Origin: Candidatus Kerfeldbacteria bacterium
Lineage (GTDB): Bacteria > Patescibacteriota > Patescibacteriia > UBA10025 > JAHIVO01
Direction of reading: 5' to 3'
Assembly: GCA_047946875.1 (NCBI GenBank)
Contig: CP181398.1
Span: 713,041-777,040, forward strand
Length of the DNA: 64,000 bases
In this document: piece after piece, positions 1-9,429 of the stretch
Layout of the letters: each line of letters opens with the position of its first letter
Numbering within the stretch: position 1 is the first letter of the stretch
Made by a program: the position numbers and the translations under genes
The notes under the pieces: generated by a model
The model's input: the letters and a program-made list of their open reading frames with translations, nothing else
Databases searched by the model: none
What the model was told of the DNA's origin: nothing

Positions 1-138
1 ACAAAGATTTTACAGCACCACGTGTTGCAATCGGCATAAAAAAAGGAGTGGATATTTCACCATGCCCTGTTTTTAATATTCCACTACGAGCTTTTGTTTT
101 TTTACTTTTTTTTAATAACTTAAAAGACATTTCATTAA

Positions 139-2226
139 TTATAAACTATTCACATTAGCTGTGCTATTGGTATTAGAATTACTATTAATAATAGTATTAG
201 TATTTGTTGAAGTACCTGCCACAACCTCTCCCTGGCCTATTGCCTGAGGATCATCTGGCAATGCCGATGTTATCATATCTTCAGAAATAGAAATCTCTTG
301 TTCGGTGAATGAGTCTGTTGAAACAATTTCACTTTTATCTAATAAAATCAATATATTTCCAATATCATCTGTAGTTGGGGTAATAGACACGTCAAAACTT
401 GCCCATATCTCAGATAAATATTGACCAACATGTTCAGGAACTTTATTTATTGACCAAGATATTTTTCTAGTGTTTGGATCATATGAAATATTTCCTGCGG
501 AAATTTTTGAATTACTTTCCCAGACTACTCCAGTTGGTAAGGTGGCACTAACAACAACAGGAGAAACTTCATTTGCCCCATTTCTGACATACCAATAGAT
601 CCTATATCTTGTTTCGCTACCTACCTGTGGAGGTATTGACCCAAGACCTACTTTGATATATTCATCATCATAATATCTGCCCTCTGCTCTTAATATTAAT
701 TGTGAATTAATTTTATTTACAACCTCATTACTTTCGACTTCTAATGTGCCATCATCAAAGTCAACGACATTATTTGATATAGCGCTTGCATTACTTGTAA
801 TTAAGAAATTAACATCTTCTTCACTATCAACTTCCAATGTATTTTGTAAGTTTATACTAAAAGCAATTTCACCCTCATCTCCCGGTTTTACGGAAGCTAA
901 ATCTTCAATACTATCTTGATCCCAAGCTATTGCACCATTTGAAATTACTCCGCCATTAACATCTGTTAAACTATCCCAATCCAACATCGACCCATCAATT
1001 TCTGCTGTAATTAACAAATCCTTAACTTCTGACTGACTATTATTTTCATAATTTAAAATATATTTTAATGTATCCCCTGACGAAACAGGAAATCCTTCAG
1101 CAGAAGCATTTACTGACATGGTTAATAACAATTGAGGATTAACTACAAATACTATTGCCGACTCTTCTTTCTGTATATTAAATTTACGTTGGTCATCAAG
1201 ATAACCAATTTGTAAATCAATCTCTCTCATATCTCCTTCTTCAGCATCAAGCACTGCATCAAAAGAAACCTCATAACTCTCCCCACTTTTTAATAATTCA
1301 ATATCCCAGATAGTCGGTTCATTGCTTGGTTCCGGATCATAACTATCCACAGTCATATCTACTGGCAAATTCATAGACAACCTAACATTAATCATATCAT
1401 CTGAAGATTTATTTGCTATTTCAAAACTATAATTACTAGCATACCCACTTACCACTTTTGATGGTACAGTAAAATTAAGGTCAAACACTGAATCATTGAT
1501 AGCTATGTCAAATTGATCAGATTTTTGAAATTGTGATGAAAAATTTGCTGGAGTATAGTTGAGTAGCCAAGAAAATGATTGATTTTTATTTAGCTCTCCA
1601 AACATTTTTCCATAAATCGTGACAGTCTCTGATGAACCACTCTTTATTTGTCCAATTGTCCAAGCATTATTAGCTTCATTATTTGCTAATGGTGAAGAAG
1701 AATTAAAAATATAATCTTCTGGTAACTGCAATATTAATTCCGAAGCTGCTATATCTACATCTGCCCGATTATATATAGTAATACTTATCTCTATACCATC
1801 TCCTGCTGAAACCAATAATGGTGTTTTTATTTCAACATCAAGATTATCCCCGCTAAACTTATCTTCTTGATTAATAAAATAATAAAAACCAAATAATGTA
1901 GCTGCTAAAACAACTACTAATATTAATATAACCCACCATATTGTCTTTTTTTTACGATTTGGGTCTTTTCTTTCTATTTTAGACATGTCTTCATTTTTAT
2001 TTTTACTACCTTTATAAAAAGCAGCAAAATCATTTACCTTTTCATTATTTTTTTTATCTCTTTGTTTGTATATATTACCAATAGTATCTGACTCATTACT
2101 TACAGATATTTTAATATTTTTATTATCATCTAAGTTTAATTCCTTTTTTATTTCCTTGCTTGCAATCTTAAACTCATCATTTTTTGACTTAGATAATTTT
2201 TCTTTTTTTATAATTTTTTTTACCAT
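139..2226 (-). CDS. Hypothetical membrane-anchored surface protein (695 aa). It has an N-terminal TM helix followed by a large beta-rich, Asn/Ser-rich ectodomain.
   Basis: Long intact ORF. One hydrophobic helix (WWVILILVVVLAATLFGFYYF) follows a K-rich N-terminus. No catalytic motif was recognised. Confidence 0.5.
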   Translation of the reverse strand: MVKKIIKKEKLSKSKNDEFKIASKEIKKELNLDDNKNIKISVSNESDTIGNIYKQRDKKNNEKVNDFAAFYKGSKNKNEDMSKIERKDPNRKKKTIWWVILILVVVLAATLFGFYYFINQEDKFSGDNLDVEIKTPLLVSAGDGIEISITIYNRADVDIAASELILQLPEDYIFNSSSPLANNEANNAWTIGQIKSGSSETVTIYGKMFGELNKNQSFSWLLNYTPANFSSQFQKSDQFDIAINDSVFDLNFTVPSKVVSGYASNYSFEIANKSSDDMINVRLSMNLPVDMTVDSYDPEPSNEPTIWDIELLKSGESYEVSFDAVLDAEEGDMREIDLQIGYLDDQRKFNIQKEESAIVFVVNPQLLLTMSVNASAEGFPVSSGDTLKYILNYENNSQSEVKDLLITAEIDGSMLDWDSLTDVNGGVISNGAIAWDQDSIEDLASVKPGDEGEIAFSINLQNTLEVDSEEDVNFLITSNASAISNNVVDFDDGTLEVESNEVVNKINSQLILRAEGRYYDDEYIKVGLGSIPPQVGSETRYRIYWYVRNGANEVSPVVVSATLPTGVVWESNSKISAGNISYDPNTRKISWSINKVPEHVGQYLSEIWASFDVSITPTTDDIGNILILLDKSEIVSTDSFTEQEISISEDMITSALPDDPQAIGQGEVVAGTSTNTNTIINSNSNTNSTANVNSL

Positions 2227-2260
2227 ATAACGTCTTTATTATAGCAAAATTATCAAATTT

Positions 2261-2995
2261 TTAAAAATCTCTTATTCTTAAGTCCTGCTCAGTTACATAG
2301 CTCAAATATCCACTTACTATACTATCCAATTCCGGTATTAAAACATTATTGTAAATAACTTTACTTAAATTACTAAAATTTTTATTAAGCATTAGTCTAA
2401 TTATTTTTATAGAATTATTAGATATATTAATACTTCCTTCAATAGCTTTATAACAATTATTGCATATCAAGCCACCCTTTTTATTACTAAAATAATTATT
2501 TTCATTTGATATTTTATTATTACAATGAAGACAATTATAAAGTTCTGGTTGATAACCTAAATAGCTGATATATCTTAAAATAAAATACCAAACTAACAAT
2601 TTATTATTATTATTTTTACTATTTTCTAAATTTTTTAAAATTTCTAAAAGTAATTTATATATTCTCTGATCCCCTTGGTTACCAGTATATGTACGATTTA
2701 CAACAAAACAAATATATTGCATTGTCTGTAAGTTATTTAAATTATTTTTTATATTACGAAAAATATTTACTGGTTCGGATGATGCAATAACATCATAATA
2801 TTTTCCTTGGATAATCATAAAATCAGCCAAAGTTATTGGTTCTAGATTACCAGCTAATTTACTTGTAATTTTCCTAACCCCTCTTGCAATAACTTTTATC
2901 AAGCCATGATCAGATGTAAAAACTATCAACAGACGATCAGCCTCCCTTATATTATCATGTTGTAAAATTAATCCTTGAGGAAAATATGTGCCCAT
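2261..2995 (-). CDS. recO: DNA repair protein RecO-like
   Basis: The size (244 aa) fits RecO. An N-terminal OB-fold-like region is followed by a C-terminal CxxC...CxxC zinc motif (LHCNNK...ICNNCYK). Confidence 0.55.
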   Translation of the reverse strand: MGTYFPQGLILQHDNIREADRLLIVFTSDHGLIKVIARGVRKITSKLAGNLEPITLADFMIIQGKYYDVIASSEPVNIFRNIKNNLNNLQTMQYICFVVNRTYTGNQGDQRIYKLLLEILKNLENSKNNNNKLLVWYFILRYISYLGYQPELYNCLHCNNKISNENNYFSNKKGGLICNNCYKAIEGSINISNNSIKIIRLMLNKNFSNLSKVIYNNVLIPELDSIVSGYLSYVTEQDLRIRDF

Positions 2996-3004
2996 GTGGA
3001 ATTT

Positions 3005-5926
3005 TTAATTCTTTTTAATTCCAAATATTATTTTTTTACCATTGACATCCAGCACTTTTTTCAAATCAACATTTTCTGGTATTCCTTCTAAACAATGAGA
3101 TGCTATTACTTCGCTGCAAAATTCTTTTTTGTAATGTTGTAGAATTCCTTTTAATTCTTCATCTTGAATTTCATGATAAACAGATACAGTGTCATGTATT
3201 GTTAATTTTGCATCCTTACGCATAGAATTAATATGTCTTATTAATTCACGAACCATACCTCGATGCCTTAATTCGTCAGTCATTGTAATATCGAGTGAAA
3301 CCTTGATGTCAGAAGTTTCTTTTGTTACAAATTCATTACCTTGCGGAACATCTTGAGAAATCACAACACTATCAACATTCATTTCTTCTTTGAGGATATT
3401 TTTTAATTCATCAGAAAAAATATCTGCTTTAATTACAAACTGAGACAAAGGCTGTCTTACTTTTAATTTATTCTCTTTTCGTAAACTATGTCCTAGTTCT
3501 ACAGCTTGACGCAATAGCTTCATACTACTAATAATTGTTTGATCAACGTCTTTATCTTCATTATTTGACCAATCTGCCAGATGAACACTTATAATATCAT
3601 TATCTTTTGGAATTAATTGTTGCCATAAATTATCAGCCAAAAAAGGTGTAAAAGGAGCTAATAATTTGGAAATTTCTACTAACACATAATGTAAAGTTTG
3701 TAGCGCCTCTTCTTTTTCTGTGTCTCCTTTTTTAAATCTATCTCTAGAACGTCTTAAATACCAAGTCGACAACTCATTAATAAAATCCGAAATACCTCGA
3801 CCAGCTTCAGTAACTTTATAAATATCTAAATTATTTGTTACATCTTTCAACAATTGATGCAATCGTGAAATTATCCATTTATCCAGTATATTATTTACTT
3901 TTGGTAAATCACCTGAATATTTTTTCAAATCATCACCTGCATACATTTTCCAAAATGATAATACATTCCATAGGATCATCCAGTTCTTCTTTACTACATC
4001 AGACAAATTCTTTTCATCAAATAATTTTACATCTCCCGGTTGGTTCATTGTAAAAAAATGCCAACGCAATGAATCAGCTCCATATTTATTAATCATTTCA
4101 AAATGATCTACAATATTTCCTTTTGATTTTGACATTTTCTTACCTTTTTTATCAAATATCAAATTCAAGCTAATAACATTTTTATATGGCGCTCCTTTAT
4201 CTAATAAAGCGGATACAGCCTGCAAAGTATAAAACCAACCACGTGTTTGATCTATTCCTTCAGAAATAAAATCTGCGGGGAAACTAATATTATCATCAAT
4301 TCTTTCTTTATTTTCAAATGGATAATGCCACTGAGCAAAAGGCATAGAACCAGAATCAAACCAAGCATCCATCACTTCATCTACACGCTTATATTCTTTA
4401 CCCTCTTTAACCAAAATAATATCATCAATAAACGGACGATGCATATCAAAATCATCACCAATTTTACTTGAATCTTTTGCTAATGATTTTAGCTCTTCAA
4501 TAGAACCAATACATATCTTGTCTCCATCCTCTGTTTCCCAAATTGGTAATGGAGTACCCCAATATCTTTCACGAGAAATTGCCCAGTCTTTTAACTCATT
4601 CAACCATTCTCCAAATCTACCATCCTTAATATAAGCTGGGACCCAATTAATTGTTTGATTACTTGCTATTAATTTTTCTTTTAAACTACTCATCTTTATA
4701 AACCAAGAATTTTTTGCATAATACAACAACGGTGTATCACAACGCCAACAGAACGGGTAATCATGTTTATATAGTTCTTCTTTTAGTAGTAAATTCTTAT
4801 CTTTTAATTCATCAATTATTAATACTTCAACTTTCTTGCTTTTTACAAAATGTCCAGCAAGATGACCAGTACTATCATTAAACTTACCATCTTCCCCTAC
4901 TGTATGATATTTTGGTAGTCCCACCTTCTCCCCTAACTGATAATCATCCTCACCATACATTACCGCTGTATGTACTACCCCGGTACCTTCTGATGTATTT
5001 ACAAAATCAGCTGGATAAACTTTATATGACGTATCTGTTTGTAATGGCTTAATATCAAATAATGGCTCATACGATATACCAACTAGATCTTTTCCTTGGA
5101 TAGTTTCAATTTCTTTATATTTTTCAAATAATTTTTCTGCAATAGGTTTAGCAAGTATATATATTTCTTTATCAACTTTTATCTTGACGTATTCAATATC
5201 CTCACCAATAGCTAAAGCTACATTGCCAGGCAAGGTCCATGGAGTAGTTGTCCAAGATAAAATATATGTATCTTTTTCATCAACAACTTTGAACTTAATA
5301 AAAACAGAATTTTCTTCTACCTCTTTGTATCCTTGTGCTACCTCATGTGATGATAGAGCAGTACCGCATCGTGGACAATGTGGGACAACTTTATAACCTT
5401 TATATAATAATTTTTTATCCCAAGCATTCTTGACTATCCACCATAATGATTCCATGTATTCATTTTCATAAGTTACATATGGCGTGTTGAGATCCAACCA
5501 AAAACCAATACGCTTGGTCATATCTTCAAAATCTTTTTTATATTTCCAAACACTTTCTTTACATTTCTGATTAAACTCAGTAATTCCATATTTCTCAATA
5601 TCAGGCTTACCTGATATACCTAGCTCTTTTTCTACTTGTAGCTCAACTGGCAAACCATGAGTATCCCAACCAGCTTTTCGCTCAACATAAAAACCTTGCA
5701 TAGTTTTATATCGCAAGATAACATCTTTATACACCCTAGCTAATACGTGATGAATACCTGGTTTTCCATTAGCAGTCGGTGGTCCTTCAAAAAAAACAAA
5801 AGATTTACCATCCTTAGTCTTGGCTAACGTTTTTTTGAATATTTCTTCTTTTTCCCAAAATTTTAATACTTCTTCTTCAATCTCGGGAAAACTTATTTGA
5901 TATGATTTTTTTTCTTTCTTTTCCAT
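3005..5926 (-). CDS. ileS: Isoleucine--tRNA ligase
   Basis: Class I aaRS HIGH-type motif (PPTANGKPGIHHVLAR) and KMSKS (KKMSKSKGN) are present. The 973-aa length and editing-domain architecture fit IleRS. Confidence 0.93.
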   Translation of the reverse strand: MEKKEKKSYQISFPEIEEEVLKFWEKEEIFKKTLAKTKDGKSFVFFEGPPTANGKPGIHHVLARVYKDVILRYKTMQGFYVERKAGWDTHGLPVELQVEKELGISGKPDIEKYGITEFNQKCKESVWKYKKDFEDMTKRIGFWLDLNTPYVTYENEYMESLWWIVKNAWDKKLLYKGYKVVPHCPRCGTALSSHEVAQGYKEVEENSVFIKFKVVDEKDTYILSWTTTPWTLPGNVALAIGEDIEYVKIKVDKEIYILAKPIAEKLFEKYKEIETIQGKDLVGISYEPLFDIKPLQTDTSYKVYPADFVNTSEGTGVVHTAVMYGEDDYQLGEKVGLPKYHTVGEDGKFNDSTGHLAGHFVKSKKVEVLIIDELKDKNLLLKEELYKHDYPFCWRCDTPLLYYAKNSWFIKMSSLKEKLIASNQTINWVPAYIKDGRFGEWLNELKDWAISRERYWGTPLPIWETEDGDKICIGSIEELKSLAKDSSKIGDDFDMHRPFIDDIILVKEGKEYKRVDEVMDAWFDSGSMPFAQWHYPFENKERIDDNISFPADFISEGIDQTRGWFYTLQAVSALLDKGAPYKNVISLNLIFDKKGKKMSKSKGNIVDHFEMINKYGADSLRWHFFTMNQPGDVKLFDEKNLSDVVKKNWMILWNVLSFWKMYAGDDLKKYSGDLPKVNNILDKWIISRLHQLLKDVTNNLDIYKVTEAGRGISDFINELSTWYLRRSRDRFKKGDTEKEEALQTLHYVLVEISKLLAPFTPFLADNLWQQLIPKDNDIISVHLADWSNNEDKDVDQTIISSMKLLRQAVELGHSLRKENKLKVRQPLSQFVIKADIFSDELKNILKEEMNVDSVVISQDVPQGNEFVTKETSDIKVSLDITMTDELRHRGMVRELIRHINSMRKDAKLTIHDTVSVYHEIQDEELKGILQHYKKEFCSEVIASHCLEGIPENVDLKKVLDVNGKKIIFGIKKN

Positions 5927-6015
5927 ATAATATTGTATAATGTACCAAAAAATGAACTATTTGACAAGAATCATCCATCAATATATTGTCTACCCAAATT
6001 ATCAAATGCTATTAT

Positions 6016-6050
6016 TGACATTCTTAATAATAAGTGTTAAATTATACTAA
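6016..6050 (+). promoter_or_regulatory. Candidate sigma70-type promoter (TTGACA-17-TAAATT/TATACT) upstream of the DUF47-pit pair
   Basis: TTGACA at 6016-6021 is followed by an AT-rich -10-like hexamer about 17 nt downstream. An SD-like AAAGGAG lies just before the ATG at 6096. Confidence 0.3.
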
Positions 6051-6095
6051 TTTCAAAAATAAAAATAAAAAATGTAACTTGAAAGGAGCGCAGAA

Positions 6096-6728
6096 ATGTC
6101 TATTCTGCCACAAAGTAAAAAGGAATTTTATGCTTTGTTTCATCACCTCGCTGGTTTGATCTACGCGAGTTCTGCACTGTTTCATGAGCTTATCTCGGAT
6201 TCTCTGGACCCCAAGCAATCTAAGGATACAATCGCTGAGATCATTGCCCGTGAAAAGCAGGCTGATCAAACGCTTAAAGATATTGCTGAGTTGGTGTCCG
6301 GCAAGTTTGTTACTCCGTTTTCTTCCCAAGAAACGCTCCATCTGGCTGAGCTGATGGATAATATCCTTGACCAAATAGAAAACGGAGCTGATTTGATCCG
6401 TGACTACGATTTTGGCGACATTCCTCCCGAAACTGGACAGATGTCGGCATTGTTAGCTAAAGGCTGCCAAGTACTTACTGAAATGATTAAGCCGCTATCA
6501 GATTTCCGTCACCCGTTCGACATGTACGCGGAAATTCGCGAACTAGAACACAAGGCCGACGTAATAAACAAAGCGGCAATCGCGAAGTACTATCATGCGA
6601 CAAGCAATTTTGAGGAGTTCAAACGATGGTTTATCATCCGAGAGCTTATCTCTACGCAAGAGAAAGCTGTGGATGCGCTGCGCGACGTATCCAATATTCT
6701 CAGAAGGATAATAGAGAAACATGTATGA
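6096..6728 (+). CDS. DUF47/PhoU-like Pit-accessory protein (putative phosphate transport regulator)
   Basis: A ~210-aa helical protein encoded immediately upstream of, and overlapping, a PiT-family gene. This is the typical DUF47-pit arrangement. The region is GC-elevated. Confidence 0.7.
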   Translation: MSILPQSKKEFYALFHHLAGLIYASSALFHELISDSLDPKQSKDTIAEIIAREKQADQTLKDIAELVSGKFVTPFSSQETLHLAELMDNILDQIENGADLIRDYDFGDIPPETGQMSALLAKGCQVLTEMIKPLSDFRHPFDMYAEIRELEHKADVINKAAIAKYYHATSNFEEFKRWFIIRELISTQEKAVDALRDVSNILRRIIEKHV

Positions 6729-7869
6729 GCTGACCCTACTGATACTAATATTCATCGCTGCGTTAGCATATGATGTGGTTAACGGATTTCATGATGCTGC
6801 GAATTCGATTGCAATGTCCATATGGAGCAATGCCTTGTCTCCACGGAATGCCATTATCTTGGCAGTTGTATTCAACTTCGCAGGCGCACTATCACATACC
6901 GCGGTGGCCTATACCATCGGCAAGGGTGTGGTATCATCTGATTTCGTTACCGGAACAATACTATTCGCTGCGTTAATGAGCGCTATCTCCTGGGGCATGT
7001 TCACCTGGAAGTTAGGTCTACCATCGTCATCAACCCACGCGCTCGTCGGCGGTCTCATCGGCAGTGCATTAGTTGCAAGTAATTTTGATTTTTCAGTTTT
7101 AATAGCTGAAGGAATAACCAAAATTATCGTCGCCATGTTCCTTGCGCCGTTTGCTGGGTTTATCGGTGGATTCCTTCTACTCGCAATTATTATTTGGCCA
7201 CTCTATGGTTTGAATAAAGGTTTACCCAAACTGAAACCACCAACCAACAGGATATATGTATGGATGAAACAATTCCGTAGTAGGAGAAATAGTTTTTGGA
7301 AAATAGCTTTGCTTATTCTTCCGATATACTGGCCTTATTGGAAATTGAGAGTTAATAAGCGTCCCACCAATCGCGTATTTAAAGTGATACAAATAGGATC
7401 AGCTGCGTGGATGAGTTTCACGCATGGCATGAATGATGCCCAAAATGCAATGGGTATTATCACTATGTCTCTCTTGTCATACGGTGCATTGACTGAATTT
7501 ACTGTCCCTCTGTCAGTACGGATTCTCTGTGCTCTGGCCATGGGAGTTGGTACAATGATTGGTGGATGGAAGATTATCAAAACCGTGATCAACCAGTTAG
7601 CTGGTGAGGAGTGTATGCCGATTGAAGGATTTGCTGCACAAACAGCTGCCGGTGGAGTTATCTTCGGAATGTCGCTTGTTGGTGCACCAATCAGTACATC
7701 ACATTCAATTTCCAGTACCGTGCTTGGTGTCAATGGTGCCCATGGATTAAAAGGAATCAATTGGGGCAAGGTTGGTGAAATGATCTTTGCATGGATTGTA
7801 ACAATTCCAGCCACGGCTATAATCAGTGCTATTATCTGGTATTGTTTCCATCTTTTTGGAAGCCAATAA
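6721..7869 (+). CDS. pit: Inorganic phosphate transporter, PiT (PHO4) family
   Basis: GFHDAANSIA motif near the N-terminus and its repeat GMNDAQNAMG in the second half. Polytopic membrane protein. 8-nt overlap with the upstream DUF47 gene. Confidence 0.9.
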   Translation: MYELTLLILIFIAALAYDVVNGFHDAANSIAMSIWSNALSPRNAIILAVVFNFAGALSHTAVAYTIGKGVVSSDFVTGTILFAALMSAISWGMFTWKLGLPSSSTHALVGGLIGSALVASNFDFSVLIAEGITKIIVAMFLAPFAGFIGGFLLLAIIIWPLYGLNKGLPKLKPPTNRIYVWMKQFRSRRNSFWKIALLILPIYWPYWKLRVNKRPTNRVFKVIQIGSAAWMSFTHGMNDAQNAMGIITMSLLSYGALTEFTVPLSVRILCALAMGVGTMIGGWKIIKTVINQLAGEECMPIEGFAAQTAAGGVIFGMSLVGAPISTSHSISSTVLGVNGAHGLKGINWGKVGEMIFAWIVTIPATAIISAIIWYCFHLFGSQ

Positions 7870-7909
7870 CTTAATTGTTCATTAATTGGAATATTCCAAT
7901 AACAAATAT

Positions 7910-7940
7910 AAACCGTATATTAAATTATACGGTTTTTTAT
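7910..7940 (+). terminator. Rho-independent terminator after pit
   Basis: Hairpin ACCGTATA...TATACGGT followed by TTTTTT. Confidence 0.6.
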
Positions 7941-7943
7941 TTT

Positions 7944-7977
7944 ATAAAAAAAGCGCAAACAATAATGTTTACGCTTA
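7944..7977 (-). terminator. Rho-independent terminator for the minus-strand DUF167 gene
   Basis: Hairpin AGCGCAAAC...GTTTACGCT with an A-run on the plus strand, which is a T-run on the minus strand. Confidence 0.55.
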
Positions 7978-8011
7978 TTTAGTACTTAGTAAGAATACTT
8001 ATGCTAATAAA

Positions 8012-8287
8012 TTAAGATATTTTATTTATCACATTACCCTGCTTTACTGGTACTAATAATATTTTCCTGTGATTCTTGTTTCCTCTAATTATTTCAATAT
8101 CTGATTTATTTATATTATAGTTTTTAGATAAAAATCTAACCAATTCAGTATTAGCTTTATTATGATCTGGTACTGCTGCAATTCTTATCTTAATAAAATC
8201 CCCCTGTCTACCAACAAGCTGAGTTTGTTTCGCGTTAGGTACTACTTTAACCTTTATTTGTGTAGTACTCTTTTTATTTATTATCAT
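8012..8287 (-). CDS. DUF167 (YggU-like) family small protein
   Basis: 91 aa. KVKVVPNAK... N-terminus and the overall pattern are typical of DUF167/YggU. Confidence 0.6.
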   Translation of the reverse strand: MIINKKSTTQIKVKVVPNAKQTQLVGRQGDFIKIRIAAVPDHNKANTELVRFLSKNYNINKSDIEIIRGNKNHRKILLVPVKQGNVINKIS

Positions 8288-8289
8288 TA

Positions 8290-9423
8290 TTATTTACAAC
8301 TCTGATAAGCCTTGATTGTATCCTTAGCACAATTCTCCCAAGTAAAATTCTGTGCTTGTTTTTTACCACTCTTGCTCAATCTTGCTTGTAATTTTTTGTT
8401 AGACAATAATTTCTTTAATGCGTTTGCTATCTCCATCTCTTTTTCTGGATCAACCAATATTGCAGCCTTACCCGCTACTTCTGGTAATGAAGATACATTA
8501 CTTGTTATTACAGGTGTACCAAGAGCCATCGCTTCTAATACTGGCAAACCAAATCCTTCATAACTTGAAGGGAAAGTGAAACAAGTTGCTTTTTTAATTA
8601 ATTCCATTTTTTGGTTATGAGTAACATAGCCTATATACTTAACTTGTTTTTTTAATTTTAATGCTTTAATCTCATCAAAAATTGCTTCACTACCAAAAGC
8701 CTTTGCTCCAGCTAAAATTAATTGGTATTCACTATATCCAGGTTCTGCTTGAAGTAATTTCTTATAAGCACGGATAAGAGTGACGATATTTTTTCTAGGC
8801 ATTAGTGTTCCAATATATAGAATATACTTTGGCCCAAGTTTGAATCTTGTTAAACTATCAATTTTTTTATTTTTTACTGAAATTTTTTCTATTGAAGCTC
8901 CCTCATGAACAACCTTAATTTTTTTACTAGAAACATTAAAAATCTCTTGTAAATCTTTTTTAGTACTATTGGACACTGCAATAATTTTATTAGCTTTGCG
9001 TAAACTCTGTGGTACTAATAATTTTGTACTAATTATTTGGGACGGGAACCAAGATGGATTTTTATATATTGCCAAATCATGAACTGTAATAATTGATTTA
9101 CGTGTATATGTTAATGGCAATGAAGATATTGGAGAATGAAATAGATCCAGATTAGCTTTCATTAGATATGCAGAAATAAGCATATGAGAATATGCAAATG
9201 GTAAAAATTTATTATATTGCGAAAAAGGAAAATTCTTTATTTTTACATTCTTTTGTGCGAACTCATCAAACTTTCTAAATCTCCAATCAAAAAATAATAC
9301 GTATTCATTTTTCTTATCGTATTTTAATAAATTCTTAACTAAATAATAAGTATAGTGGCCCACTCCAGCCTGCTCACCTAATTTTGGATTTAAAATTGTC
9401 CTACAATCAATACCTATTTTCAT
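8290..9423 (-). CDS. Glycosyltransferase family 4 (GT-B, group 1 glycosyltransferase)
   Basis: C-terminal GT1 signature EGFGLPVLEAMALGTPVITSN. 377 aa. Confidence 0.85.
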   Translation of the reverse strand: MKIGIDCRTILNPKLGEQAGVGHYTYYLVKNLLKYDKKNEYVLFFDWRFRKFDEFAQKNVKIKNFPFSQYNKFLPFAYSHMLISAYLMKANLDLFHSPISSLPLTYTRKSIITVHDLAIYKNPSWFPSQIISTKLLVPQSLRKANKIIAVSNSTKKDLQEIFNVSSKKIKVVHEGASIEKISVKNKKIDSLTRFKLGPKYILYIGTLMPRKNIVTLIRAYKKLLQAEPGYSEYQLILAGAKAFGSEAIFDEIKALKLKKQVKYIGYVTHNQKMELIKKATCFTFPSSYEGFGLPVLEAMALGTPVITSNVSSLPEVAGKAAILVDPEKEMEIANALKKLLSNKKLQARLSKSGKKQAQNFTWENCAKDTIKAYQSCK

Positions 9424-9429
9424 ATAATA

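Noticed and set aside
3835-5396. Three short plus-strand ORFs (72, 74 and 70 aa) inside ileS
   Set aside because: These are antisense to a strongly supported aaRS gene. They are low-complexity and have no RBS. They are spurious.
6042-6374. 110-aa minus-strand ORF overlapping the DUF47 gene
   Set aside because: It is an antisense overlap with a GC-rich gene, and GC-rich DNA tends to give long spurious ORFs. No motifs were found.
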